In this document: in pieces, positions 39,101 to 53,349 of the stretch
Layout: every line of letters starts with the position of its first letter
Numbering within the stretch: position 1 is the stretch's first letter
NCBI GenBank assembly: GCA_964057225.1
Contig: OZ059900.1
Coordinates: forward strand, 558,001-622,000
DNA length: 64,000 nt
Source of the DNA: Auanema rhodensis
Taxonomy: Eukaryota; Animalia; Nematoda
Reading direction: 5' to 3'
Made by a program: the position numbers and the translations under genes
Notes under the pieces: generated by a model
Databases searched by the model: none
Seen by the model: only the letters and a program-made list of their open reading frames with translations
What the model was told of the DNA's origin: nothing

Positions 39101-42100
39101 TTATGCCTTTAACACCATATACTCACCGATTTTTGGTACAAAATCTGTAATACTCGTAAATTTTGATCATATTCGTTAAGATTTGAGAATCAAACATACA
39201 ATACACAAAATCAGTCTATTTTTATGAGCTTGCACTGATATATATTCATTTTGATCAAAAAAGGTCGAAAATAGAAAGAATTTTTGAAATTTCTGAGTTT
39301 TGAGTCTAATTTGGCTAAATCGCTCATATATATGATCAGAAGCATAGTTTTATTGTCTATAACAACAAAAGTCATCAATTAAACGCTAGTGATGTTTAAA
39401 TACTGATTTTCGCTCAAATAGCATTACTACACTAAGTATGGTCGTTTTTATGCCTTTAACACCATATACTCACCGATTTTTGGTACAAAATCTGTAATAC
39501 TCGTAAATTTTGATCATATTCGTTAAGATTTGAAAATCAAACACACAATAAACAAAATCAGTCTATTTTTATGAGTTTGCACTGATATATATTCATTTTG
39601 ATAAAAAAAGGTCGAAAATAGAAAGAATTTTTGAATTTTCCGAGTTTTGAGTCCAATTGGGCTAAATCGCTCATATATATGATCAAAAGCATAGTTTTAC
39701 TGTCTATGATAACAAAAGTCATCAATTAAACGCTAGTGATGTTTAAATACTGATTTTCGCTCAAATAGCATTACTACACTAAGTATGTTCGTTTTTATGC
39801 CTTTAACACCATATACTCACCGATTTTTGGTACAAAATCTGTGATACTCGTAAATTTTGATCATATTCGGTGAGATTCGAGAATCAAACACACAATACAC
39901 GAAATAAGTTTATTTTTACGAGTTTGCACTGATATTTATTCATTTTGATCAAAAAAGGTCGAAAATAGAAAGAATTTTTGAAATTTCCGAGTTTTGAGTC
40001 TAATTTGGCTAAATCGCTCATATATATGATCAAAAGCATAGTTTTATTGTCTATGACAACAAAAGTCATCAATTAAACGCTAGTGATGTTTAAATACTGA
40101 ATTTCGCTCAAATAGCATTACTACACTAAGTATGGTCGTTTTTATGCCTTTAACACCATATACTCACCGATTTTTGGTACAAAATCTGTAATACTCGTAA
40201 ATTTTGATCATATTCGGTGAGATTCGAGAATCAAACACACAATACACGAAATAAGTTTATTTTGACGAGTTTGCACTGATATTTATTCATTTTGATCAAA
40301 AAAGGTCGAAAATAGAAAGAATTTTTGAAATTTCCGAGTTTTGAGTCTAATTTGGCTAAATCGCTCATATATATGATCAAAAGCATAGTTTTATTGTCTA
40401 TGACAACAAAAGTGATCAATTAAACGCTAGTGATGTTTAAATACTGAATTTCGCTCAAATAGCATTACTACACTAAGTATGGTCGTTTTTATGCCTTTAA
40501 CACCATATACTCACCGATTTTTGGTACAAAATCTGTGATACTCGTAAATTTTGATCATATTCGGTGAGATTCGAGAATCGAACACACAATAAACAAAATA
40601 AGTCTATTTTTACGAGTTTGCACTGATATTTATTCATTTTGATCAAAAAAGGTCGAAAATAGAAAGAATTTTTGAAATTTCCGAGTTTTGAGTCTAATTT
40701 GGCTAAATCGCTCATATATATGATCAAAAGCATAGTTTTACTGTCTATGATAACAAAAATCTTCAAATATACACTAATAATGTGTAAATCACTGAATTTC
40801 ACTCAAATAGCTTTACTACACTAAGTATGGTCGTTTTTATGCCTTTAACACCATATACTCACCGATTTTTGGTACAAAATCTGTAATACTTGTAAATTTT
40901 GATCATATTCGTTAAGATTCGAGAATCAAACATACAATACACGAAATAAGTTTATTTTTACGAGTTTGCACTGATATTTATTCATTTTGATCAAAAAAGG
41001 TCGAAAATAGAAAGAATTTTTGAATTTTCCGAGTTTTGAGTCCAATTGGGCTAAATCGCTCATATATATGATCAAAAGCATAGTTTCACTGTCTATGATG
41101 ACAAAAGTCTTCAAATATACACTAGTAATGAATAAATCACTGAATTTCACTCAAATAGCATTACTACACTAAGTATGGTCGTTTTTATGCCTTTAACACC
41201 ATATACTCACCGATTTTTGGTACAAAATCTGTAATACTTGTAAATTTTGATCATATTCGTTAAGATTTGAGAATCAAACACATAATACACAAAATCAGTC
41301 TATTTTTATGAGCTTGCACTGATATATATTCATTTTGATCAAAAAAGGTCGAAAATAGAAAGAATTTTTGAAATTTCCGAGTTTTGAGTCTAATTTGGCT
41401 AAATCGCTCATATATATGATCAGAAGCATAGTTTTATTGTCTATGACAACAAAAATCATCAATTAAACGCTAGTGATGTTTAAATACTGATTTTCGCTCA
41501 AATAGCATTACTACACTAAGTATGGTCGTTTTTATGCCTCTAACACCATATACTCACCGATTTTTGGTACAAAATCTGTAATACTTGTAAATTTTGATCA
41601 TATTCGTTAAGATTTGAGAATCAAACACATAATACACGAAATAAGTCTATTTTTATGAGTTTGCACTGATATTTATTCATTTTGATCAAAAAAGGTCGAA
41701 AATAGAAAGAATTTTTGAATTTTCCGAGTTTTGAGTCCAATTGGGCTAAATCGCTCATATATATGATCAAAAACATAGTTTTATTGTCTATAACAACAAA
41801 AGTCATCAATTAAACGCTAGTGATGTTTAAATACTGATTTTCGCTCAAATAGCATTACTACACTAAGTATGGTCGTTTTTATGCCTTTAACACCATATAC
41901 TCACCGATTTTTGGTACAAAATCTGTAATACTTGTAAATTTTGATCATATTCGTTAAGATTCGAGAATCAAACACATAATACACAAAATAAGTCTATTTT
42001 TATGAGTTTGCACTGATATTTGTTTATTTTGATCAAAAAAGGTCGAAAATAGAAAGAATTTTTGAATTTTCCGAGTTTTGAGTCCAATTGGGCTAAATCG

Positions 42101-45100
42101 CTCATATATATGATCAAAAGCATAGTTTTACTGTCTATAACAACAAAAGTCATCAATTAAACGCTAGTGATATTTAAATACTGATTTTCGCTCAAGTAGC
42201 ATTACTACACTAAGTATGATCGTTTTTATGCCTTTAACACCATATACTCACCGATTTTTGGTACAAAATCTGTAATACTTGTAAATTTTGATCATATTCG
42301 TTAAGATTTGAGAATCAAACATACAATACACAAAATCAGTCTATTTTTATGAGCTTGCACTGATATATATTCATTTTGATCAAAAAAGGTCGAAAATAGA
42401 AAGAATTTTTGAAATTTCCGAGTTTTGAGTCTAATTTGGCTAAATCGCTCATATATATGATCAGAAGCATAGTTTTATTGTCTATGACAACAAAAATCAT
42501 CAATTAAACGCTAGTGATGTTTAAATACTGATTTTCGCTCAAATAGCATTACTACACTAAGTATGGTCGTTTTTATGCCTTTAACACCATATACTCACCG
42601 ATTTTTGGTACAAAATCTGTAATACTCGTAAAATTTGATCATATTTGTTAAGATTTGAGAATCAAACACACAATACACAAAATCAGTCTATTTTTATGAG
42701 TTTACACTGATATATATTCATTTTCATCAAAAAAGGTCGAAAATAGAAAGAATTTTTGAATTTTCCGAGTTTTGAGTCGAATTGGGCTAAATCGCTCATA
42801 TATATGATCAAAAGCATAGTTTTACTGTCTATGACAACAAAAGTCTTCAAATATACACTAATAATGATTAAATCACTGAATTTCACTCAAATAGCATTAC
42901 TACACTAAGTATGGTCGTTTTTATGCCTTTAACACCATATACTCACCGATTTTTGGTACAAAATCTGTAATACTCGTAAATTTTGATCATATTCGTTAAG
43001 ATTTGAGAATCAAACATACAATACACAAAATCAGTCTATTTTTATGAGCTTGCACTGATATATATTCATTTTGATCAAAAAAGGTCGAAAATAGAAAGAA
43101 TTTTTGAAATTTCCGAGTTTTGAGTCTAATTTGGCTAAATCGCTCATATATATGATCAGAAGCATAGTTTTATTGTCTATGACAACAAAAGTCATCAATT
43201 AAACGCTAGTGATGTTTAAATACTGATTTTCGCTCAAATAGCATTACTACACTAAGTATGGTCGTTTTTATGCCTTTAACACCATATACTCACCGATTTT
43301 TGGTACAAAATCTGTAATACTCGTAAATTTTGATCATATTCGTTAAGATTCGAAAATCAAACACACAATAAACAAAATCAGTCTATTTTTATGACTTTGC
43401 ACTGATATTTATTTATTTTGATCAAAAAAGGTCGAAAATAGAAAGAATTTTTGAAATTTCCGAGTTTTGAGTCTAATTTGGCTAAATCGCTCATATATAT
43501 GATCAGAAGCATAGTTTTATTGTCTATGACAACAAAAATCATCAATTAAACGCTAGTGATGTTTAAATACTGATTTTCGCTCAAATAGCATTACTACACT
43601 AAGTATGGTCGTTTTTATGCCTTTAACACCATATACTCACCGATTTTTGGTACAAAATCTGTAATACTCGTAAAATTTGATCATATTTGTTAAGATTTGA
43701 GAATCAAACACATAATACACGAAATAAGTCTATTTTTATGAGTTTGCACTGATATTTATTCATTTTGATCAAAAAAGGTCGAAAATAGAAAGAATTTTTG
43801 AAATTTCCGAGTTTTGAGTCCAATTGGGCTAAACCGCTCATATATATGATCAGAAGCATAGTTTTACTGTCTATGACAACAAAAGTCTTCAAATATACAC
43901 TAATAATGATTAAATCACTGAATTTCACTCAAATAGCATTACTACACTAAGTATGGTCGTTTTTATGCCTTTAACACCATATACTCACCGATTTTTGGTA
44001 CAAAATCTGTAATACTTGTAAATTTTGATCATATCCGTTAAGATTTGAGAATCAAACATACAATACACAAAATCAGTCTATTTTTATGAGCTTGCACTGA
44101 TATATATTCATTTTGATCAAAAAAGGTCGAAAATAGAAAGAATTTTTGAAATTTCCGAGTTTTGAGTCTAATTTGGCTAAATCGCTCATATATATGATCA
44201 GAAGCATAGTTTTATTGTCTATGACAACAAAAGTCATCAATTAAACGCTAGTGATGTTTAAATACTGATTTTCGCTCAAATAGCATTACTACACTAAGTA
44301 TGGTCGTTTTTATGCCTTTAACACCATATACTCACCGATTTTTGGTACAAAATCTGTAATACTCGTAAATTTCGATCATATTCGTTAAGATTCGAAAATC
44401 AAACACACAATAAACAAAATCAGTCTATTTTTATGAGTTTGCACTGATATATATTCATTTTGATCAAAAAAGGTCGAAAATAGAAAGAATTTTTGAATTT
44501 TCCGAGTTTTGAGTCCAATTGGGCTAAATCGCTCATATATATGATCAAAAACATAGTTTTATTGTCTATAACAACAAAAGTCATCAATTAAACGCTAGTG
44601 ATGTTTAAATACTGATTTTCGCTCAAATAGCATTACTACACTAAGTATGGTCGTTTTTATGCCTTTAACACCATATATTCACCGATTTTTGGTACAAAAT
44701 CTGTGATACTCGTAAATTTTGATCATATTCGTTAAGATTCGAGAATCAAACACACAATACACGAAATAAGTTTATTTTTACGAGTTTGCACTGATATTTA
44801 TTCATTTTGATCAAAAAAGGTCGAAAATAGAAAGAATTTTTGAATTTTCCGAGTTTTGAGTCTAATTTGGCTAAATCGCTCATATATATGATCAAAAGCA
44901 TAGTTTTATTGTCTATGATAACAAAAATCTTCAAATATACACTAATAATGTTTAAATCACTGAATTTCACTCAAATAGCATTACTACACTAAGTATGGTC
45001 GTTTTTATGCCTCTAACACCATATACTCACCGATTTTTGGTACAAAATCTGTAATACTTGTAAATTTTGATCATATTCGTTAAGATTCGAGAATCAAACA

Positions 45101-48100
45101 CATAATACACGAAATAAGTCTATTTTTATGAGTTTGCACTGATATTTATTCATTTTGATCAAAAAAGGTCGAAAATAGAAAGAATTTTTGAAATTTCCGA
45201 GTTTTGAGTCCAATTGGGCTAAATCGCTCATATATATGATCAAAAGCATAGTTTTACTGTCTATAACAACAAAAGTCATCAATTAAACGCTAGTGATATT
45301 TAAATACTGATTTTCGCTCAAGTAGCATTACTACACTAAGTATGGTCGTTTTTATGCCTTTAACACCATATACTCACCGATTTTTGGTACAAAATCTGTA
45401 ATACTTGTAAATTTTGATCATATTTGTTAAGATTCGAGAATCAAACACATAATACACAAAATAAGTCTATTTTTACAAGTTTGCACTGATATTTATTCAT
45501 TTTGATCAAAAAAGGTCGAAAATAGAAAGAATTTTTGAAATTTCCGAGTTTTGAGTCCAATTTGGCTAAATCGCTCATATATATGATCAAAAGCATAGTT
45601 TTATTGTCTATAACAACAAAAGTCATCAATTAAACGCTAGTGATGTTTAAATACTGAATTTCGCTCAAATAGCATTACTACACTAAGTATGGTCGTTTTT
45701 ATGCCTTTAACACCATATACTCACCGATTTTTGGTACAAAATCTGTAATACTCGTAAATTTTGATCATATTCGTTAAGATTTGAGAATCAAACATACAAT
45801 ACACAAAATCAGTCTATTTTTATGAGCTTGCACTGATATATATTCATTTTGATCAAAAAAGGTCGAAAATAGAAAGAATTTTTGAAATTTCTGAGTTTTG
45901 AGTCTAATTTGGCTAAATCGCTCATATATATGATCAGAAGCATAGTTTTATTGTCTATAACAACAAAAGTCATCAATTAAACGCTAGTGATGTTTAAATA
46001 CTGATTTTCGCTCAAATAGCATTACTACACTAAGTATGGTCGTTTTTATGCCTTTAACACCATATACTCACCGATTTTTGGTACAAAATCTGTAATACTC
46101 GTAAATTTTGATCATATTCGTTAAGATTTGAAAATCAAACACACAATAAACAAAATCAGTCTATTTTTATGAGTTTGCACTGATATATATTCATTTTGAT
46201 CAAAAAAGGTCGAAAATAGAAAGAATTTTTGAATTTTCCGAGTTTTGAGTCCAATTGGGCTAAATCGCTCATATATATGATCAAAAGCATAGTTTTACTG
46301 TCTATGATAACAAAAGTCATCAATTAAACGCTAGTGATGTTTAAATACTGATTTTCGCTCAAATAGCATTACTACACTAAGTATGTTCGTTTTTATGCCT
46401 TTAACACCATATACTCACCGATTTTTGGTACAAAATCTGTGATACTCGTAAATTTTGATCATATTCGGTGAGATTCGAGAATCAAACACACAATACACGA
46501 AATAAGTTTATTTTTACGAGTTTGCACTGATATTTATTCATTTTGATCAAAAAAGGTCGAAAATAGAAAGAATTTTTGAAATTTCCGAGTTTTGAGTCTA
46601 ATTTGGCTAAATCGCTCATATATATGATCAAAAGCATAGTTTTATTGTCTATGACAACAAAAGTCATCAATTAAACGCTAGTGATGTTTAAATACTGAAT
46701 TTCGCTCAAATAGCATTACTACACTAAGTATGGTCGTTTTTATGCCTTTAACACCATATACTCACCGATTTTTGGTACAAAATCTGTAATACTCGTAAAT
46801 TTTGATCATATTCGGTGAGATTCGAGAATCAAACACACAATACACGAAATAAGTTTATTTTGACGAGTTTGCACTGATATTTATTCATTTTGATCAAAAA
46901 AGGTCGAAAATAGAAAGAATTTTTGAAATTTCCGAGTTTTGAGTCTAATTTGGCTAAATCGCTCATATATATGATCAAAAGCATAGTTTTATTGTCTATG
47001 ACAACAAAAGTGATCAATTAAACGCTAGTGATGTTTAAATACTGAATTTCGCTCAAATAGCATTACTACACTAAGTATGGTCGTTTTTATGCCTTTAACA
47101 CCATATACTCACCGATTTTTGGTACAAAATCTGTGATACTCGTAAATTTTGATCATATTCGGTGAGATTCGAGAATCGAACACACAATACACGAAATAAG
47201 TCTATTTTTACGAGTTTGCACTGATATTTATTCATTTTGATCAAAAAAGGTCGAAAATAGAAAGAATTTTTGAAATTTCCGAGTTTTGAGTCTAATTTGG
47301 CTAAATCGCTCATATATATGATCAAAAGCATAGTTTTACTGTCTATGATAACAAAAATCTTCAAATATACACTAATAATGTGTAAATCACTGAATTTCAC
47401 TCAAATAGCTTTACTACACTAAGTATGGTCGTTTTTATGCCTTTAACACCATATACTCACCGATTTTTGGTACAAAATCTGTAATACTTGTAAATTTTGA
47501 TCATATTCGTTAAGATTCGAGAATCAAACATACAATACACGAAATAAGTTTATTTTTACGAGTTTGCACTGATATTTATTCATTTTGATCAAAAAAGGTC
47601 GAAAATAGAAAGAATTTTTGAATTTTCCGAGTTTTGAGTCCAATTGGGCTAAATCGCTCATATATATGATCAAAAGCATAGTTTCACTGTCTATGATGAC
47701 AAAAGTCTTCAAATATACACTAGTAATGAATAAATCACTGAATTTCACTCAAATAGCATTACTACACTAAGTATGGTCGTTTTTATGCCTTTAACACCAT
47801 ATACTCACCGATTTTTGGTACAAAATCTGTAATACTTGTAAATTTTGATCATATTCGTTAAGATTTGAGAATCAAACACATAATACACAAAATCAGTCTA
47901 TTTTTATGAGCTTGCACTGATATATATTCATTTTGATCAAAAAAGGTCGAAAATAGAAAGAATTTTTGAAATTTCCGAGTTTTGAGTCTAATTTGGCTAA
48001 ATCGCTCATATATATGATCAGAAGCATAGTTTTTTTGTCTATGACAACAAAAATCATCAATTAAACGCTAGTGATGTTTAAATACTGATTTTCGCTCAAA

Positions 48101-48130
48101 TAGCATTACTACACTAAGTATGGTCGTTTT
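36190..48130. repeat. Higher-order duplication with 19-monomer (6598-bp) period
   Basis: Eight variant ORFs offset by 6598: 37106/43704, 38148/44746, 38496/45094, 38843/45441, 39884/46482, 40231/46829, 40497/47095, 40926/47524. Confidence 0.88.
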
Positions 48131-51100
48131 TATGCCTTTAACACCATATACTCACCGATTTTTGGTACAAAATCTGTAATACTCGTAAATTTTGATCATA
48201 TTCGTTAAGATTTGAGAATCAAACATACAATACACAAAATCAGTCTATTTTTATGAGCTTGCACTGATATATATTCATTTTGATCAAAAAAGGTCGAAAA
48301 TAGAAAGAATTTTTGAAATTTCCGAGTTTTGAGTCTAATTTGGCTAAATCGCTCATATATATGATCAGAAGCATAGTTTTATTGTCTATAACAACAAAAG
48401 TCATCAATTAAACGCTAGTGATGTTTAAATACTGATTTTCGCTCAAATAGCATTACTACACTAAGTATGGTCGTTTTTATGCCTTTAACACCATATACTC
48501 ACCGATTTTTGGTACAAAATCTGTAATACTCGTAAATTTTGAACATATTCGTTAAGATTTGAAAATCAAACACACAATAAACAAAATCAGTCTATTTTTA
48601 TGAGTTTGCACTGATATATATTCATTTTGATCAAAAAAGGTCGAAAATAGAAAGAATTTTTGAATTTTCCGAGTTTTGAGTCCAATTGGGCTAAATCGCT
48701 CATATATATGATCAAAAGCATAGTTTTACTGTCTATGATAACAAAAGTCATCAATTAAACGCTAGTGATGTTTAAATACTGATTTTCGCTCAAATAGCAT
48801 TACTACACTAAGTATGTTCGTTTTTATGCCTTTAACACCATATACTCACCGATTTTTGGTACAAAATCTGTGATACTCGTAAATTTTGATCATATTCGGT
48901 GAGATTCGAGAATCAAACACACAATACACGAAATAAGTTTATTTTTACGAGTTTGCACTGATATTTATTCATTTTGATCAAAAAAGGTCGAAAATAGAAA
49001 GAATTTTTGAAATTTCCGAGTTTTGAGTCTAATTTGGCTAAATCGCTCATATATATGATCAAAAGCATAGTTTTATTGTCTATGACAACAAAAGTCATCA
49101 ATTAAACGCTAGTGATGTTTAAATACTGAATTTCGCTCAAATAGCATTACTACACTAAGTATGGTCGTTTTTATGCCTTTAACACCATATACTCACCGAT
49201 TTTTGGTACAAAATCTGTAATACTCGTAAATTTTGATCATATTCGGTGAGATTCGAGAATCAAACACACAATACACGAAATAAGTTTATTTTGACGAGTT
49301 TGCACTGATATTTATTCATTTTGATCAAAAAAGGTCGAAAATAGAAAGAATTTTTGAAATTTCCGAGTTTTGAGTCTAATTTGGCTAAATCGCTCATATA
49401 TATGATCAAAAGCATAGTTTTATTGTCTATGACAACAAAAGTGATCAATTAAACGCTAGTGATGTTTAAATACTGATTTTCGCTCAAATAGCATTACTAC
49501 ACTAAGTATGGTCGTTTTTATGCCTTTAACACCATATACTCACCGATTTTTGGTACAAAATCTGTAATACTTGTAAATTTTGATCATATTCGTTAAGATT
49601 TGAGAATCAAACATACAATACACAAAATCAGTCTATTTTTATTAGCATGCACTGATATATATTCATTTTGATCAAAAAAGGTCGAAAATAGAAAGAATTT
49701 TTGAAATTTCCGAGTTTTGAGTCTAATTTGGCTAAATCGCTCATATATATGATCAGAAGCATAGTTTTACTGTCTATGATAACAAAAGTCATCAATTAAA
49801 CGCTAGTGATGTTTAAATACTGATTTTCGCTCAAATAGCATTACTACACTAAGTATGTTCGTTTTTATGCCTTTAACACCATATACTCACCGATTTTTGG
49901 TACAAAATCTGTGATACTCGTAAATTTTGATCATATTCGGTGAGATTCGAGAATCAAACACACAATACACGAAATAAGTTTATTTTTACGAGTTTGCACT
50001 GATATTTATTCATTTTGATCAAAAAAGGTCGAAAATAGAAAGAATTTTTGAAATTTCCGAGTTTTGAGTCTAATTTGGCTAAATCGCTCATATATATGAT
50101 CAAAAGCATAGTTTTATTGTCTATGACAACAAAAGTCATCAATTAAACGCTAGTGATGTTTAAATACTGAATTTCGCTCAAATAGCATTACTACACTAAG
50201 TATGGTCGTTTTTATGCCTTTAACACCATATACTCACCGATTTTTGGTACAAAATCTGTAATACTCGTAAATTTTGATCATATTCGGTGAGATTCGAGAA
50301 TCAAACACACAATACACGAAATAAGTTTATTTTGACGAGTTTGCACTGATATTTATTCATTTTGATCAAAAAAGGTCGAAAATAGAAAGAATTTTTGAAA
50401 TTTTCGAGTTTTGAGTCTAATTTGGCTAAATCGCTCATATATATGATCAAAAGCATAGTTTTATTGTCTATGACAACAAAAGTCATCAATTAAACGCTAG
50501 TGATGTTTAAATACTGAATTTCGCTCAAATAGCATTACTACACTAAGTATGGTCGTTTTTATGCCTTTAACACCATATACTCACCGATTTTTGGTACAAA
50601 ATCTGTAATACTCGTAAATTTTGATCATATTCGGTGAGATTCGAGAATCGAACACACAATACACGAAATAAGTCTATTTTTACGAGTTTGCACTGATATT
50701 TATTCATTTTGATCAAAAAAGGTCGAAAATAGAAAGAATTTTTGAAATTTCCGAGTTTTGAGTCTAATTTGGCTAAATCGCTCATATATATGATCAAAAG
50801 CATAGTTTTACTGTCTATGATAACAAAAATCTTCAAATATACACTAATAATGTGTAAATCACTGAATTTCACTCAAATAGCTTTACTACACTAAGTATGG
50901 TCGTTTTTATGCCTTTAACACCATATACTCACCGATTTTTGGTACAAAATCTGTAATACTCGTAAATTTTGATCATATTCGTTAAGATTCGAGAATCAAA
51001 CACACAATACACGAAATAAGTTTATTTTTACGAGTTTGCACTGATATTTATTCATTTTGATCAAAAAAGGTCGAAAATAGAAAGAATTTTTGAATTTTCC

Positions 51101-53349
51101 GAGTTTTGAGTCCAATTGGGCTAAATCGCTCATATATATGATCAAAAGCATAGTTTCACTGTCTATGATAACAAAAGTCTTCAAATATACACTAGTAATG
51201 ATTAAATCACTGAATTTCACTCAAATAGCTTTACTACACTAAGTATGGTCGTTTTTATGCCTTTAACACCATATACTCACCGATTTTTGGTACAAAATCT
51301 GTAATACTCGTAAATTTTGATCATATCCGGTAAGATTCGAGAATCAAACACACAATACACGAAATAAGTTTATTTTTACGAGTTTGCACTGATATTTATT
51401 CATTTTGATCAAAAAAGGTCGAAAATAGAAAGAATTTTTGAATTTTCCGAGTTTTGAGTCCAATTGGGCTAAATCGCTCATATATATGATCAAAAGCATA
51501 GTTTCACTGTCTATGATGACAAAAGTCTTCAAATATACACTAGTAATGATTAAATCACTGAATTTCACTCAAATAGCATTACTACACTAAGTATGGTCGT
51601 TTTTATGCCTTTAACACCATATACTCACCGATTTTTGGTACAAAATCTGTAATACTTGTAAATTTTGATCATATTCGTTAAGATTTGAGAATCAAACACA
51701 TAATACACAAAATCAGTCTATTTTTATGAGCTTGCACTGATATATATTCATTTTGATCAAAAAAGGTCGAAAATAGAAAGAATTTTTGAAATTTCCGAGT
51801 TTTGAGTCTAATTTGGCTAAATCGCTCATATATATGATCAGAAGCATAGTTTTATTGTCTATGACAACAAAAATCATCAATTAAACGCTAGTGATGTTTA
51901 AATACTGATTTTCGCTCAAATAGCATTACTACACTAAGTATGGTCGTTTTTATGCCTTTAACACCATATACTCACCGATTTTTGGTACAAAATCTGTAAT
52001 ACTCGTAAAATTTGATCATATTTGTTAAGATTTAAGAATCAAACACACAATACACAAAATCAGTCTATTTTTATGAGTTTACACTGATATATATTCATTT
52101 TCATCAAAAAAGGTCGAAAATAGAAAGAATTTTTGAATTTTCCGAGTTTTGAGTCGAATTGGGCTAAATCGCTCATATATATGATCAAAAGCATAGTTTT
52201 ATTGTCTATGACAACAAAAATCATCAATTAAACGCTAGTGATGTTTAAATACTGATTTTCGCTCAAATAGCATTACTACACTAAGTATGGTCGTTTTTAT
52301 GCCTTTAACACCATATACTCACCGATTTTTGGTACAAAATCTGTAATACTTGTAAATTTTGATCATATCCGTTAAGATTTGAGAATCAAACATACAATAC
52401 ACAAAATCAGTCTATTTTTATGAGCTTGCACTGATATATATTCATTTTGATCAAAAAAGGTCGAAAATAGAAAGAATTTTTGAAATTTCCGAGTTTTGAG
52501 TCTAATTTGGCTAAATCGCTCATATATATGATCAGAAGCATAGTTTTATTGTCTATGACAACAAAAGTCATCAATTAAACGCTAGTGATGTTTAAATACT
52601 GATTTTCGCTCAAATAGCATTACTACACTAAGTATGGTCGTTTTTATGCCTTTAACACCATATACTCACCGATTTTTGGTACAAAATCTGTAATACTCGT
52701 AAATTTCGATCATATTCGTTAAGATTCGAAAATCAAACACACAATAAACAAAATCAGTCTATTTTTATGAGTTTGCACTGATATATATTCATTTTGATCA
52801 AAAAAGGTCGAAAATAGAAAGAATTTTTGAATTTTCCGAGTTTTGAGTCCAATTGGGCTAAATCGCTCATATATATGATCAAAAACATAGTTTTATTGTC
52901 TATAACAACAAAAGTCATCAATTAAACGCTAGTGATGTTTAAATACTGATTTTCGCTCAAATAGCATTACTACACTAAGTATGGTCGTTTTTATGCCTTT
53001 AACACCATATATTCACCGATTTTTGGTACAAAATCTGTGATACTCGTAAATTTTGATCATATTCGTTAAGATTCGAGAATCAAACACACAATACACGAAA
53101 TAAGTTTATTTTTACGAGTTTGCACTGATATTTATTCATTTTGATCAAAAAAGGTCGAAAATAGAAAGAATTTTTGCATTTTCCGAGTTTTGAGTCTAAT
53201 TTGGCTAAATCGCTCATATATATGATCAAAAGCATAGTTTTATTGTCTATGATAACAAAAATCTTCAAATATACACTAATAATGTTTAAATCACTGAATT
53301 TCACTCAAATAGCATTACTACACTAAGTATGGTCGTTTTTATGCCTCTA

